Part shown: positions 34,775 through 48,100 of the stretch, one piece after another
Layout: the number at the start of each line of letters is the position of its first letter
Numbering within the stretch: position 1 is the stretch's first letter
Source of the DNA: Lama guanicoe
Lineage: Eukaryota
Direction of reading: 5' to 3'
Assembly (NCBI GenBank): GCA_013239625.1
Contig: MU053758.1
Location: 434,001 to 498,000, forward strand
DNA: 64,000 nucleotides
Notes under the pieces: generated by a model
Database searches by the model: none
What the model was told of the DNA's origin: nothing
What the model saw: only the letters and a program-made list of their open reading frames with translations
Position numbers and translations under genes: made by a program

Positions 34775-36550
34775 TAAAGATAAGTTTACTCATCTAGTAA
34801 ATAGATAGTTCTTTACAAGAGACTTCTTTCCCTGCCCCTGATTTCTTAAGAGCAGCCTGTCATGTGGTCACTTGTCTGTTACAGACTTTTACTACCATAG
34901 TGGACAATGACTGAAGGTACTGACATGTTTTTTAATGACTAATGATAAAAGTTACCCTTTTTGGTAGCATACTTACACAGGCGCCAGCACTCCTCTGAAT
35001 ATATTTTTTATCTAATTTAATTCCAATCACAACTATATACTTTAGAAAAGAAAAAAACTGGCTCAGAGAGCATTTAACATTGGCTCATTTAACTGGCTCA
35101 GAGGGTTTAACATTCAAACGGGACCACAGCTGTTAAGTGGCAAAGCAAGGATGTTTCTATTCCCAGGCCTCAGACTCTTAAAGCCACAATATCTTTCCTT
35201 CAAATGGCATTTTTAATATTAGTCTTCAGTTAGAGCCAAGGAGATAATAAATGGCTCTTTAGTGAAGGCATTTCTGCAGGGAACAGAGCTGGCTCAAGCC
35301 AAGCAGGGCTTCCTTGAATACCATGTGGAGTCTCCAGTCTCAGAGCTGGTCCTCTGTTTTTAGGTCGAATGATGGCTTCTAAAAATTCCCAACTAATCAG
35401 ACCACAGAGGACTGACACATACAAGGCAAACTAGCTAAAGTCTAATTACATAAAGCAGAATGCCTATCAACACATTGATTTACAAATGGAGTAGGATGTG
35501 GTGTGAGAATAGGACTTCTGCATAATAAATGATGGCTGAGTGAAAGAAGGAGAGAGCCAAGCAGAAGTCCAAATTATGGATCAAGGGCTCTCTTGGCAGG
35601 TGTCATGATGCCTTCAACACATCGAGTTTACGTGCCACATCTCATGTGATCCTGAGGTCAATGCTGTGAGGCAAGGCAGACATTATTACATTATTTTCAC
35701 GTTGAAGATGAAGAGAATCAAGGTTTGGGGATATTTGATGATTTGTCTAACCTCATACAAGTAATGGGTTCCAGAGAAAATAGCCCCTGATATTTCTGTC
35801 TATTTACCATCCTTCCATCGACTTAGATCCCATCCTGACCCACGTGAGGAATGGAGCCCTGACAAATTCCTCCATTTTTCAGCTTAAATCACTATAATAT
35901 CATCATTCCTCTGGAGCTACTTTCACAGTGGGTGGGCCCCTGAGCCCAGGGTTTCAGATCTATCAGCAGTTGAGTTTTAGGGAATAAACAGCCCAATTTG
36001 TAGGATCTTAAGGATGATTAAAGGCTGGCTAAAGTAGGGTACCTGGCACCCAACTGAATAAACGGCAGCTGCCAAGATGATGATGATGGTGATGGTGATG
36101 ATTTTGTGCTGATGGTGTTGAGCCCGGCTCCTCCGGATGGACCTGGACGCACTTGCTTTTGTTGTACTAAAAGCTTTGCCTACATCATCTCAGTCCTTGG
36201 AGCAACTCTTTGTGTTAAGTACTATTGTCATTCTCTCTCTCTCTCTTTTTTTTTTTTCCAAATGAGGAAGCCAAGCTTTAGAGAAGTTAAGTAACTTACC
36301 CAAAGGCACACAGGCAACAAGAGCTCCTGAGCCTGCGCTCTTAGCCACTTACCACTCGTCTCTGGCCAGCATCTTGGCGGCTCTTAAATGATCCATATCA
36401 AATGTCTGGGGCTGTGAGAATGCAGGAAGATGAATGTTGTGTAGGTAAAAAAGAGTTTCTGTGAATGTGAATCACCTAAGTGCCTCCTCAGCTACTGGAA
36501 ACAGATGGTGATGATGAGTTAATTGACTTGAATATTCTAGAAGCTATTTT

Positions 36551-36568
36551 ATTTATTTATTTATTTAT

Positions 36569-36599
<31 letters not shown>

Positions 36600-36742
36600 T
36601 AGTGGGGAGGTCATTAGGTTTATCTATTTATTTCTTTTGGTGGGGGTACCAGGGATTGAACCCAGGACCTCATGCACGCTAGGCATGTACTCTACCACTG
36701 AGCTATACCCTCCCTTTTTAATTTTTTTTTTTCAGGTGAGAA
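36551..36742 (-). mobile_element. tRNA-derived SINE with (TTAT)/(TTAG) tail and 14-bp TSD
   Basis: TSD ctagaagctatttt at 36537-36550 and 36743-36756. Confidence 0.9.
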
Positions 36743-36795
36743 CTAGAAGCTATTTTAAAGGAAAATCTAAAAAAAATCCTTTTTTTCCTTTCCAG

Positions 36796-37520
36796 AATCA
36801 GACCGGATCTCTGCCATTTTGTCTCTTTCCTCCTCTTACTCCCAGGAAATGATTTGTCTCTTCCTAGAGTGTCTTTGATGCCCATGGAAGCAGCTGAAAG
36901 TTTTATTTCCTCATCTGGACATCCTGGTCTTCTGACTACCTCCCATGAGCACCACTGAGGCTAGGAACCTTGCCTTTCATGCCCTCCCAGTTAGCTTACA
37001 GTGCTGTAGGACCATGACCTCTGGGAGTCACTGGTGCTGCCCCAGGACACACCCCAGTGGCCCCTCCAGTGGCACTCCTATGAGTACATCACATGGCACT
37101 GTGGTCCAGAACACTCCCAGGGATAGAGCAACCTGAAGAGAGGAGTGTTTCAGAGAAGGACTCACAACTTGCAGGAGTCCGAAGGCCTCAGAGCACCGTT
37201 AGGCCTGTATCAGCCAGCCTTCAACTCCAGAGAGAAAAGACAGAGGAAGGGCTGGGCCTGATGGAGAACTCCGAGCCCCGAATAAGGGAGCTGGGGCAGT
37301 TGTAACTTCACCAGATGAAGACCAGACCTCCTCCCACCCCAGCAGCTCAGGGCCCAAACATCTTCCTGCTTCCTCCCTTACCAGCCCAACTCAGCTTTGT
37401 TGGCAAAGACAGAGGTGAGGTGAGAGTACCCAGCCTGCAAGTATTTCTCCTGTTGACCTGCTGAAATGATACATCTTCCCCTAAAGTGTGCATTAATAAA
37501 ATAAGTTGCCATGCTCCATG
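36796..37520 (+). other. TTLL6: Putative non-coding terminal (3' UTR) exon of TTLL6
   Basis: Strong acceptor ttttttcctttccag| ending at 36795 and AATAAA at 37495-37500; a possible donor sits right after the stop (TAG|gtacgc). Inferred without transcript data. Confidence 0.5.
37495..37500 (+). terminator. Candidate polyadenylation signal AATAAA
   Basis: cattAATAAAataag at the end of the putative terminal exon. Confidence 0.45.
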
Positions 37521-38531
37521 CCAGGATGAGAAGCCTGACCCAGAGTGAGGGTGGGGAGGGGAGGTGGGAGAGAGAGTTCTCCTGAGCACCCCTCATTAAG
37601 AGAGCTCCACATGTATCCGGAGTGTTTGAAGAATTTCTTTGGACCAATGGTATTCAGTAAGGCCTGCCCTCCTTGCTGGGAGCCGGCAGCTCAAGGTGGC
37701 CCTTCTGGGGGCACTGTGGCTGCCACGTCTCTGCCCAGCACAGGGCTCACTTTGGCTGCCAGTTCATTCACCACCCTATTCAGGAATGTGATCCAAGATT
37801 TTTGCCTCAATCACTCTCCCTCAAATTCCCAGAATGAGCTTGGAGGAGAAGGATAGAGCAGAGGAGGAAGAAGGGTGAGGTCTGACGTCAAGCATCTGCT
37901 TTACAATGTTGACTCTCTTGGCTTGATGGATTCCCAATGAAATGAATTTCTGGCCTCAAGAATGTCAGGGGATTCTGAGATGCTTGAAGTCTGTATTACC
38001 CTTCAGGCAAAAGACTTTAATTATCCAAGGTTCTGAGTAAAGAAGTTAGACTCTAGCCATTTGTGTCCGGCTGTGAAACACACGCACAGACACACCTCTA
38101 CCCCCACCTAGGCTGGTTTCAAGGACTTCTGGTAGAAGGTTCTTTTTAGAAAGTCAAGGCCCAACTAAATGGCAGAAGGGAGCCCTTGTTACCACTAGGC
38201 AGACCAGTAAATCTTACCTGTCACCTCAACCCCCCTTTCACTGGCCCTTTCCCATGCCATTCAGAGGGCTCAAAATAGACTGACCCAAGGCCAGTTTTCC
38301 CATTGTCACTATCAGGGTGCGATAGATCATAACCTGGCCCAGACAGAAGATTTTAAGATTTGCCGAAATGGGGCTTCCTAGAAGTGCTACATCTCTCCCT
38401 TTTTCTCCCTAGTTACCAGCCACCTGTCAAGGTTCCTGAGCTGATAAAAAGGAAGTCTCTTAATAAGGTGAAATTGGAATTGTTTGTCCTCCCAAGGGAC
38501 AGTTTCGTGCCAGCACCTTTAATCCTAAAGA

Positions 38532-38709
38532 CAGGGTCAGCTTCATTGGCATTTGATCTGTGCAATCACACAGGGCTCCACACTTAGAAGAGCCCTGCAC
38601 TTGGTTTAATGGTCTGTTGTTACCATCTTGAAATTCTGAACAATGATTAAATAAAAAGCCCTGTATTTCCACTTTGCACTGGGCCTACCAAACTATGTAG
38701 CTGGTCCTG
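38532..38709. mobile_element. Short non-autonomous hAT-type DNA transposon (MER-like)
   Basis: Terminal inverted repeats CAGGGTCAGC / GCTGGTCCTG and 8-bp TSD cctaaaga / cctagaga. Confidence 0.75.
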
Positions 38710-39164
38710 CCTAGAGATTGTATTGGCTCTGGGTTATCCAATGAGAAGGCAAAATAGTAGGCTGCCTTCCTTAGCCCCACCCACCCCCTGCCTGGTCACC
38801 CATGGGGCTATGCAGAGCAACTGTCTGGCAGGATGCTCATGGGGGACAAAAAATGCTTGTGGCAATCCTTGCCCCCATGGAGTGTGCAGCAGAGTAAGAC
38901 AGGTCTGTGGAGAACTAGCCTGAGTTAAGTGACACTGAAAAAGAGTGTCAGTGGATGCAAAGGAAATGCCTTCACATCCAGCTGGGAGGATCACTTCTGC
39001 TTCATTAAAGGAAGTGATTTTGAGGCAGGAAAAGATAAGGATTTTTTTTTAATTAAAAAAGTTTAATGTAAAAGATTGCAGATTTCAATGATGACTTATT
39101 TGCCTTTGTATGAAATTTTATATAAAAATTTAGGTTCAAAATCTCTTTCCTCTAAAAAAATTAT

Positions 39165-40230
39165 CTGTTGAAATATAGTTGTCATACAACATTGTATCAG
39201 TTTCAGGTGTACAAAACAGTGGTTCAACATTTATACACATTATGAATTAATGACCATAAGTGTAGTAACCATCTGTCACCATGCAAACTTATTACAATAT
39301 TATTGACAATATACCCTATACTAGACATTTACATCCCTGCGATTTATTTCTTTTATAACTGGAAGTTTGTATCTTTTAATCCCCTTTACCTATTTTGTTC
39401 ATTTCCTTCCCCACTGGTCCCCAACAGTTTGTTCTCTGTATCCGTGGGTCTGTTCAGTTTTTTTTTTCATTTGTTTTGTTTTTTAGTCTACATGTAAGTG
39501 AAATCATATCATAGTTGTCTTTCTCTGTCTCACTTACTTCACTTAGCATAACACCCTCTGGATCTATCCATGTTGTCGCAAATGGTAAGATTTCACTCTT
39601 TTTTATGTCTTAGTAATATTCTATTGTGTGTGTAGTATATATATGTATATATACTACATCATCTTCATCCATTTATCTATTGATAGTTGCTTCCATGACT
39701 TGGCTATTGTAAATAATGCTGCAGTGAACATAGGGGTGCATATCTTTTCTAATTAATGTTTTCCTTTTCTTTGGATAAATACCCAGGAGTGGAATTGCTG
39801 GATCATGTGGTGTTCTATTTTAATCTTTTGAGGGACCTCTATACTGTTTTCCATAGTAACTGCGCCAATTTACGTTCCCACCAAAAGTGCACAAGGATTC
39901 CCTTTCCCCCCATCCTCACTAACACTTGTTATTTGTCATCTCTTTGATGGTAGTCATTATGTCAGGTGTGAGCTGATCTGTCATTGTGGTTTTGATTTGC
40001 ATTTCCCTGATGTAGTGATAAAGAGCATTTTTCATGTGTCTGTTGACCATCTATATATGTCTTTTTTTTAGAAAAATGTCTATTCAGCCCTCTGTCCGTT
40101 TTTTAATTGGATCATTTGGGTTTTTTGTTGTTGTTGTCTTTTTTTTTTTGCTATTGAGTTGTCTGAGTTCTTTCTATATCTTAGATAGTCACCCTTTTTA
40201 CTGAATATGTCATTTGTAAATATCTTCTCC
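39165..40230 (-). mobile_element. L1 3' portion (antisense)
   Basis: gttgaaatatagttg...tcaggtgtaca, tcacttagcataacaccctc, ggagtggaattgctggatca, tgatttgcatttccctga. Confidence 0.85.
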
Positions 40231-40938
40231 TAATAAATAGGATTTTTAAAAGTGTATGTGAAATATGGGACTGCGTTATAAAGCCCTGGAGAAAAATAAA
40301 AACAACCCTGAAAATGATCGAGGTCTAGTCCAATTTGTCTGGATCAGAAAGGAAAACTGGGAGATGACAATGGAAAGTTAGTTTAAAGGAACATTTTGGA
40401 GACCCAGGTGCTCTTTGAGCATATCGCCATTACTTCACTCTTCATGATGGTGAACTTGTTTACATGGCTGTCTCTCTACTGGACTGTACCATGTCTGTAT
40501 TTCTTTGTATCCCCTGCTTTCAGCCTGGTGCTTAGGACATAATAGGGATTCAGTAAATAGTTGCTGAAAGAATTAATATTGTGGAGAGTCTAAAATGTTT
40601 CCCTGGGATATGTTTACCTAATTCAGTGGGCAGTGGGAAACCACTGAAGGTTTTTGAATGAGAGAGAGAGAGTTTATTTAGTTGGAAAGGTGAATCTGGT
40701 AGTAGATGGTAGAATGGATGATTGTAGGAGAGAGACGGAAACTGGGAGAGAGGTTGGGAGACTCATATAGTGGCCCAGGTTTCAAGCCCTTGCAGCCCCT
40801 GTGAGGATGGCTGACTGTGGGGAAGAAAGGAAGGAGACAGGTGAGAAAAACATTATAGACCTGGGACATAGCAGCTGAATGAATGGAGGGAAGAAAAAAA
40901 GGGGAACAAAAAAGACAGCGTCAAAAGAACTGAGTCCC

Positions 40939-41070
40939 TGGGGGTGGCTATACCTCAGTGGTAGATTATACGCTTAGCATGCGTGAGTTCCTGGGTTCAA
41001 TTTCCCAGTACCTCCAGTAAAAATAATAAACAAACAAACAAACAAACCTAATTACCTCCCCACTCCCCAA
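40939..41070 (+). mobile_element. tRNA-derived SINE with TSD
   Basis: tatacctcagtggtag...cctgggttcaatt; TSD aaaagaactgagtccc on both sides. Confidence 0.88.
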
Positions 41071-43689
41071 AAAAGAACTGAGTCCCCTGGAAGAAAATAG
41101 GAACCTTGGGAAAAGGAGCTGCTTTGGGGGACAGGGGGTTCAGGGTATTTGTGTTGTAAGGCAGCTGGATGAGTTCCTGTCTCCTGGTGGATTTAAAAGA
41201 GCAGCACTGAAGGAAATGTTTCCGAATGCAAAAAAAATGATTTCCTGAAGGCAAAGTTGTTAAATGTAGTCATCTTGGACTGGGCAGATTCTCTAGGCTG
41301 AGAATGATCTGGGTAGTTTAAAAGACATGTGTGTCCCCACCACCCCACCGATTTAATTAGTCAGTCTCGGGGTGGGGTGTGCAGGGGTGTTGACCTGGAC
41401 TCAGAAAGCTCCCTCTGTGGGTTCTGATACAGAGCCATGTATGGGAGCCACTTATCTGGCTCACCCTAGCCTACCTCAAACAGGCCGGGTACCTCTCCCT
41501 TTTTTAAGGGCGATTTCTGATTCCAGTTTTCCTTCCACCCTGGCAGGGAGTGTAAGGGAGGCAGATTGGCAGCTGTTCCGAGCTGCGCCCTCCCCCACCC
41601 ATACGAGATGATTACATGAGCTGAATGTAATCATTCACAACCCTTGTCTTTACAGCTGGCATGTCACTAAGCTTAATTACAGCACACAGTGGCATTTCAG
41701 CTCAAGGAATCTAAAAAAGCAATAAAATAGGTTTTGCAAATTGTCAGAAAGGCAATGAAGACCTTGAAACTGCAATTTACTAAGCATTGCTTTCAATTAT
41801 TTTGCATTCTCCAGGCATGACTCTAAGTTACTAACCAGCAGTCTGCGAAAGCCAATTGGGCAGTATGTCCCGTGGAGGGTATTTCATGTCTCCTGAGAGC
41901 ACACTGTGTGCTGGGGAGGTGGTGAGAGGCTCCAGGAGCTGCTCTGAGGTGGGAGGGGATTGTTCTGAGCATGTGTGTCCCGTTGGCACCTGTTCATTTG
42001 GCTTCTGCCATGACTCTCCCTAACCATGGGCCCTGATTGGTCTAGGATGGCCTTTGGCAAGGCCCCCCTTTCTCTTTACTCCTGAACATCTACTGTCCCC
42101 ACAGTCCCCAAAAAGCATGAGGAAAGAAATGTGGGAAAGCAAAACCTAGGATTTAATTAAAAAATCTAGAACTGGCGCCTGGTGTCTCCAGCTCTCTGGC
42201 TGATTTCTTTTCCTGGCTTACTTCCTGGTTCCTCCGAATTCTTGAGTATGCAGTTCTTGGTCAGCCATTAAAGTGAAAGACTGTGGTGTCCCTCCACCAC
42301 CTTGCTTGTCCAAACCTAGAAGTCTTAAGAATGATAAGAAAAAGGGATCCCAACCATCTGAGAAAGGGGCGGGAGCAGCAGGATGTCCTTGCGGACAGCA
42401 CTGAGATCCTCTTGCTGTGAGCAACATTGGTCAGCATGATTATTGGGAGCAGAATGCCAGCTGCCTCAGCAGTCATGCCAGGCAGGAGAACAAACACCGA
42501 AATCCTGTTGGCAAACCCAGCAGGGACATCACTACGTGGCCAAAGCAAACAGGGGCTGAGGCAAGCAGTAGTGGACTCTCACTTCCCCTTGGATCTGGCA
42601 GAGGGTGAGATTCTGCCAGCTAAGCCCATATGTCAGGGCATCAGACAGCCATGAGGATGCTCATATCCATCTCTGGACTAGGGCACAAGCTGGACCCTGG
42701 CTTTCCTTGCCATAGTCCCCTTTGAATTTGGCACAGGCCAAGGAAAGTCTGATAATGAGAAAGAATTTTCATATGTATTACTTTGTTTATTCTTCACAGC
42801 AGTCTTATGTGAAGATTATCCCCATCTTGCAGATGAGAAAACTGAGGCTAGGGGCCATCAAAGACACAGAGCCAGGACTGTCTCAGGGGTCTGACTCAGG
42901 GCCTGCTGCACTTCTCACTCCCTCTGCCCATCCACCTCTCCACCCCAAACTCTCCCTTGTCAATTCCCACAGTTTCTTCATCGGCAGATCTCCCACAGTC
43001 TAAACTGGACTTGAGTTCTTTCCATTTTGGAGCTGAGAAGCAGATGCTCAAAGGAGGGGGAAGGGGTTATTTTTGTTTTTAGACCAGCAAACAGCTAGTT
43101 GACCTCCCTGATTCTGTCTGCCACAGCCAACAACACAACCAGGAGGCCCAGTGAGATGAATATATTTACAAGTATTTTTCAGTGTTTGGCCATTTCAACA
43201 GTGTTTCTGCCACCCTCTTTATTTAAACATAAAAAAAATTTTAATCAAAATCTCTGTCATGTTATAATTTGATTGAGTTTGGACATAGTCTGAACAGACC
43301 CTTTTCTGACTTGCAGCCTCTTGATGTCTCTAGGGCCTGATGAAAATTCACATCCCTTGCCACATGGTTGGGAAATTTATATTTCACGGAGAGATGCACA
43401 TTTAGCTGTGTTCATATCTAATGGAGGGACTGGGCACCTACTGAGAAAAGAAAAGCCAGCTGTTGAATTGGCTGTTTCCCTCTGGGTCCCCACTTCTCAG
43501 CAGATTTCCTGATTATTTGACATTTTCTGATTGTTTTCCAACATGACTGAGGGGAAGGAAGGACAGGAGAAAAAAAGCGGAATCGTTCATTGGATTCTGA
43601 CCCTGTTACCAGTTCTTTTTCCCCTAACATTTTCTTTTACTCTGCTTCTGGGAACCGTGCAGGGAAATGCCATTCATTGTCAGAAGGGG

Positions 43690-44340
43690 CCCGGGAAAGT
43701 GGAGGCGGAGGGCGTGAGAGGGCTGTGAGGCCAGGCTGGGGCTGGGGGTCCTCAGGAGAGAGCTAGGCCTGTGCGGAGCTGTTTGGAGCTTCTGTTGGAA
43801 AAGGCGCGCCCGAGAAAGGCGCATCTGGGCGAATTTGCCCATAAACTGGAGATTAGGACGCGAGGAGTAAAAAGCTCCCTTCCCACCACGCAGGCCCGAA
43901 GTGCGGTTCCAAGCGACCCAAGGAGTAAGTCCTCCGCGGAGAAAAATCCCGGGTGGACCGTGACTCCCCGCCTGCTTCCCCAACACCGCGCCTCACAGGC
44001 GCCGTCCCGCCGAGCGCATCCCGGCTCGGGCGCCAGGACCGCGACCCGCCACCGCGGCTGCTGCGCGCGGCGAGAAGGCTCCCCGCAGAGAGGCCTGGCC
44101 TCCGTCCCAGCGGGATCCGAGGAGGGTCGGTCCAGGGCTGGAAGTAGGACGGAGGCTGGAGGAGCTGAGCTCCGGGTAGAAATGCTCAGGGCAGGGCGGG
44201 ACAGCCAGTTACCAAACGCTTCCCTCTCGCTCCGCTACCCGCTCCGCCTCACAGAGCCGCAGAGTTAAAGTCAGTTCCCCTGCGGGCGTGAAACTGGCTT
44301 CCTCCGGTATCGACTTTACGAATCTGTACGCGTCACTGCT
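43690..44340. promoter_or_regulatory. CpG island
   Basis: Dense CpG and high GC content (cgcgcggcgag, gcgccgtcccgccgagcgc) against a CpG-poor background. Confidence 0.75.
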
Positions 44341-45030
44341 GTTTATTTAGCGAATATTATGTTCCAGGCACTGGAGCAAAGCGCATAACGAACTTTATTA
44401 TCCCCCAAATCACATGATAAGGAGGCTATTATCCCCATTTACAGATGAGAAAACTGAGTCCGATAGGCGGAGGAAACCAATTACGTGTGAGATTCAAGAC
44501 TGAACAGCCCGTGGCTCCAGGCCATGCAAAACCTTGGTGTGACCCCTCCTGGACCATGGCTGCTTGAACTTGAACTTCGTCCTAGGAATTAGTTTCTAGC
44601 ATGGAGATCAGTGTAAGGCCACACGGGAACAGAGCTGTACATTCATTCCAGCGTGTCACCACCTTTCTGCTACTGTTCCCAGAAGGACTCCCATGAAGAC
44701 AGGTGGGAGTGGTGGTAACCCCAGCTTTACAGAACTGGGCTCAGCAACATTCAAGTCATAGGTAGTACAGAGAAGTTTCAAGGAAGATCTTCTGATGTCC
44801 TAAACGCAGGAAAAGCTTTCAGCCAGGCTGTTCTCCTGAGTTATTTTCATCCTTGGAGTAAATGGGGTGCTGGAAACCCAAGCTGTTAGGCGCGCCTCTG
44901 CCCACAGTAGCTATGATGTACCAGCACCTACCTGTTCCCAGACTGGTTCTCTTGGTGTGGAGGGCTACTGCCTGGACACCAGAAGAAAGGGAACTGAGAG
45001 CTCTCTCCCCTTCCCTTCCTCCCTCATTTT

Positions 45031-45106
45031 TTCCTTCCTTCCTTCCTTCCTTCCTTCCTTCCTTCCTTCCTTCCTTCCTTCCTTCCTCCCTCCCTCCCTC
45101 CCTCCC
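45031..45106. repeat. (TTCC)n/(TCCC)n microsatellite
   Basis: Tandem ttcc units followed by tccc units. Confidence 0.95.
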
Positions 45107-48100
45107 TCTTAGAGGGCTGTGAAGAAGAATGGAGTTGGGTGTTACTTTTCCCTTAATTCACTTCTCAGTCACTCTAGCCACTTGGCTGTGACTGGGCGGG
45201 AGGTGGGGGGCAAGTGGCTGAGGATTTCTGGGACACATGTAATTGGGGGCCTTAGCAAGGGCTGACAGGAAGTTGAGGATGGTGGGACATTTCTGCTGCC
45301 CCAAAGTCCTGGACTACACTGTGTTAAGTGAGTCACTGTGTTGATATGATTCCAGCATCAACTCTGTAGCCATTAGTTTTATCCCTCTTTTACAGTCAAG
45401 GAGGGTCTGTTCAGGGAAATGGAGACTCTTCCTGAAGCTGGAGGAAAGAGGGATCTGGGTCAGTGCTGGATCTGTTTGATCTCATAGCTTTTCCCTACTC
45501 CACCGTGAATGGCTTGAATTGGGAGTCAAAACAGGCTCCCTCCACACCATCTTCAACATTAAAAATGATAGCCACCCAGCATTGTAAACTGACTATAACT
45601 CAATTTAAAAAAAAAGACAGCCATAGTAACTACGTTCTTACAGTTTAGTGACCAAATCCCTCCCCAGTGAGTGGGGGTCTCCACTCTGGTTTGCATGTGC
45701 CCTTAACCCTTCACAGGTGTTCAGTCTCCCTTTGGAGGGATGTCTTTTAGCTGATTCTGTGGGAGTGGGAGTCTGGCTGATGCCTGCTCTTTCCTACTCT
45801 CTTGGGGGATGGGGACCATTTTCAAAGTGCCATTTCTGAGGCCCTAGTGAACCGACTCTTTATCTGGCTGGAGAGAAACGATTCCCTGTGGGATGCTCCT
45901 TCCTTGGCCTCAAGTAGGCAGAACGGCTGCCCTCAAGGAAGGCCACTGGACTCCTGGTGGGAGAGAGAGAGAGGATTTCAGAACCTCCCGTCCTCTTGGC
46001 CTCCCCCCTAACCTCCCTCCCTCTCCCGGCCACCTTTCTTGTCCCACCAGTTTTCAAAGTGCAGAGGATGTTTACCCTCCGGAGGGATGGTGCTGAGGTC
46101 AGAAACCTGATTCACCGCAGGGAGGCACCCGAGTCCCGCCCCCACCCAGTGGCTGGGAGCACAGCAGAGGGTGAGGAGATCCAGCCTTGGAAACCCCACC
46201 CCTCCTGGCCAATAAATGCCTCTGTGACTCCCCAGCCTCTCAGACATCCCCCTCACAGCTCGGTCCTCCCTCTCGAGCCTGCCAGGAGGGCTGGATGCTT
46301 GGGAGTATCCGAGAGGGCTCTAGGCACTCCCTACCCACAGTGGCTCTCAGAACTGGGTTGAAGGCTATGAAGAAGGGGTTCCCTTAATCCGCCTCCCCAC
46401 CCCTAGTTCACTTTAAGACCTTTCTGGCTTGTCTGGGGCATCCTTGTCCAAGGGCTAGAGATTTCTGCTCACCAGCCCCCAACCCCCTAACTGGGCTAAG
46501 GGACAAGAGTTCCTTAAGGAGGAGCCAGGAGATGGAAGAAACCCAAGAACTTGCATCATCCCAGTGGCCAGGGGTTGGGGGTTCAAAGGGTTTGGAAGTG
46601 AATTCCAGGATGTTGGGAGGAAGGGGTCGCAGCTTCCCCGTTCTTCTAGTCCATGACCTCTGAGGACTAGTCCCCCGCTTCAGAACCAGTTAATATTTCA
46701 CTAGCTACCCTCTTCCATCCACCTGGAGTCTCCGGAGAGTACTGTCCCTGAGCCCAGCCACCACGTGGTCCCAGGTCGGGTCAGCCTCCTCACCTGCACA
46801 GCCGCAACCAGAGCCTGCCTGAGTAGTAGCCTCGGCCCCCGCCTGACCCCAACACACTGATAAGCCCCCAGACAGCCAAACATCGTTAACTTCTTTGCCT
46901 TTCTAGACTTCTCTGCCTTGTCCTTTCCATGACCCCAGCTGAAGGGTTGCCCCGGTGTGAGTCTGCACTTCCCCCAGGGGCTGGACTTGGGTGCACCACG
47001 TTTGGCCTTTCCCCCAACATCCTCTCCCCCATCCTCATAGTTCTGGACCCAGAGCCAACGTTTTGTGAAACGCGGTTAGTCCAAAATAGTGTCCCGTCAC
47101 CCTCTACCCCACTGCAACTCCCCTTTCCACTTGTAGATTCTGTCTCAGAAGACCTCCAGGAAACAGTAAAAATTAAGAGAGAAAAGGGGGAAGTTGGTGT
47201 CAGAGGATGTCAGCAACGATTGCAGGAATTGCCCCTTAAAATCACTCTCAGCTCAACCCTGAATATAGGATGAAGTAACCACAAAATAATGTTCTTGCTT
47301 TCTTAGTTGCCTTTGCTTTTTGAAGCGTTGCTCACACACAAAAAACGGGGACCAGGCTGACAGGAGACTGTCTACATCAAAACAACTAGTTGCTGGGAAA
47401 CACCCGGATGCTGATGGTTTTCCCCTGGTGTCTTGGAGCATGGACAAAGCCCATGTGGGTCGTGGCCCCAGGTTCGCAGACCATCTGTCCAGGGTGGAGG
47501 GAGCCGTTGGAAAACTTTTCACCGTCAGAAGGCTGCTGCTTCTCTCCGCAGCTTCTTACTTCAGGCAACCCCACTGCCATCAGCGACACTGGTTCTGCCC
47601 TCAGATCCTTCCCTAGCTCTCTTCTCCCCAATCCTTCTCCCAGGAAAGAGAAGGCTCCCGGAAAAAGACCCCAGGAAGACTGGCTCTGACCAGAGGGAGG
47701 GCGGGAGTGTCGGGAAGTGGCATCCACAGGGGAGGGCAGAAGGGTCCCTGGGATGGGGATGGAGAGCTCTGCTTCCTGGAGGGGCCACCTCCCTTTCTAG
47801 ACCCGAACTGAGCTCTTAAGCCCAAGTATGTGGTTTACACAATTCAAGTAACTATTTGGATAGATGGGAACATTTTCTCACCTGAAATAATGCAATAATG
47901 GGACCAAAAACTTAAATATCCTTTGATCAAAAACCAGGTAAGAAAACCCCTCAGGCTTCTCCCGGGAAAGAGGTCTTTTGACTAAAAAAGAAATTGATAG
48001 CAAGTCATTATCTAATTTCAAAAAACATTAAAATTCAATTTACCAAATCCATACCTCAATCCCAACAATTTTGAGGGGATAAAACTTAATAACAAAACCT

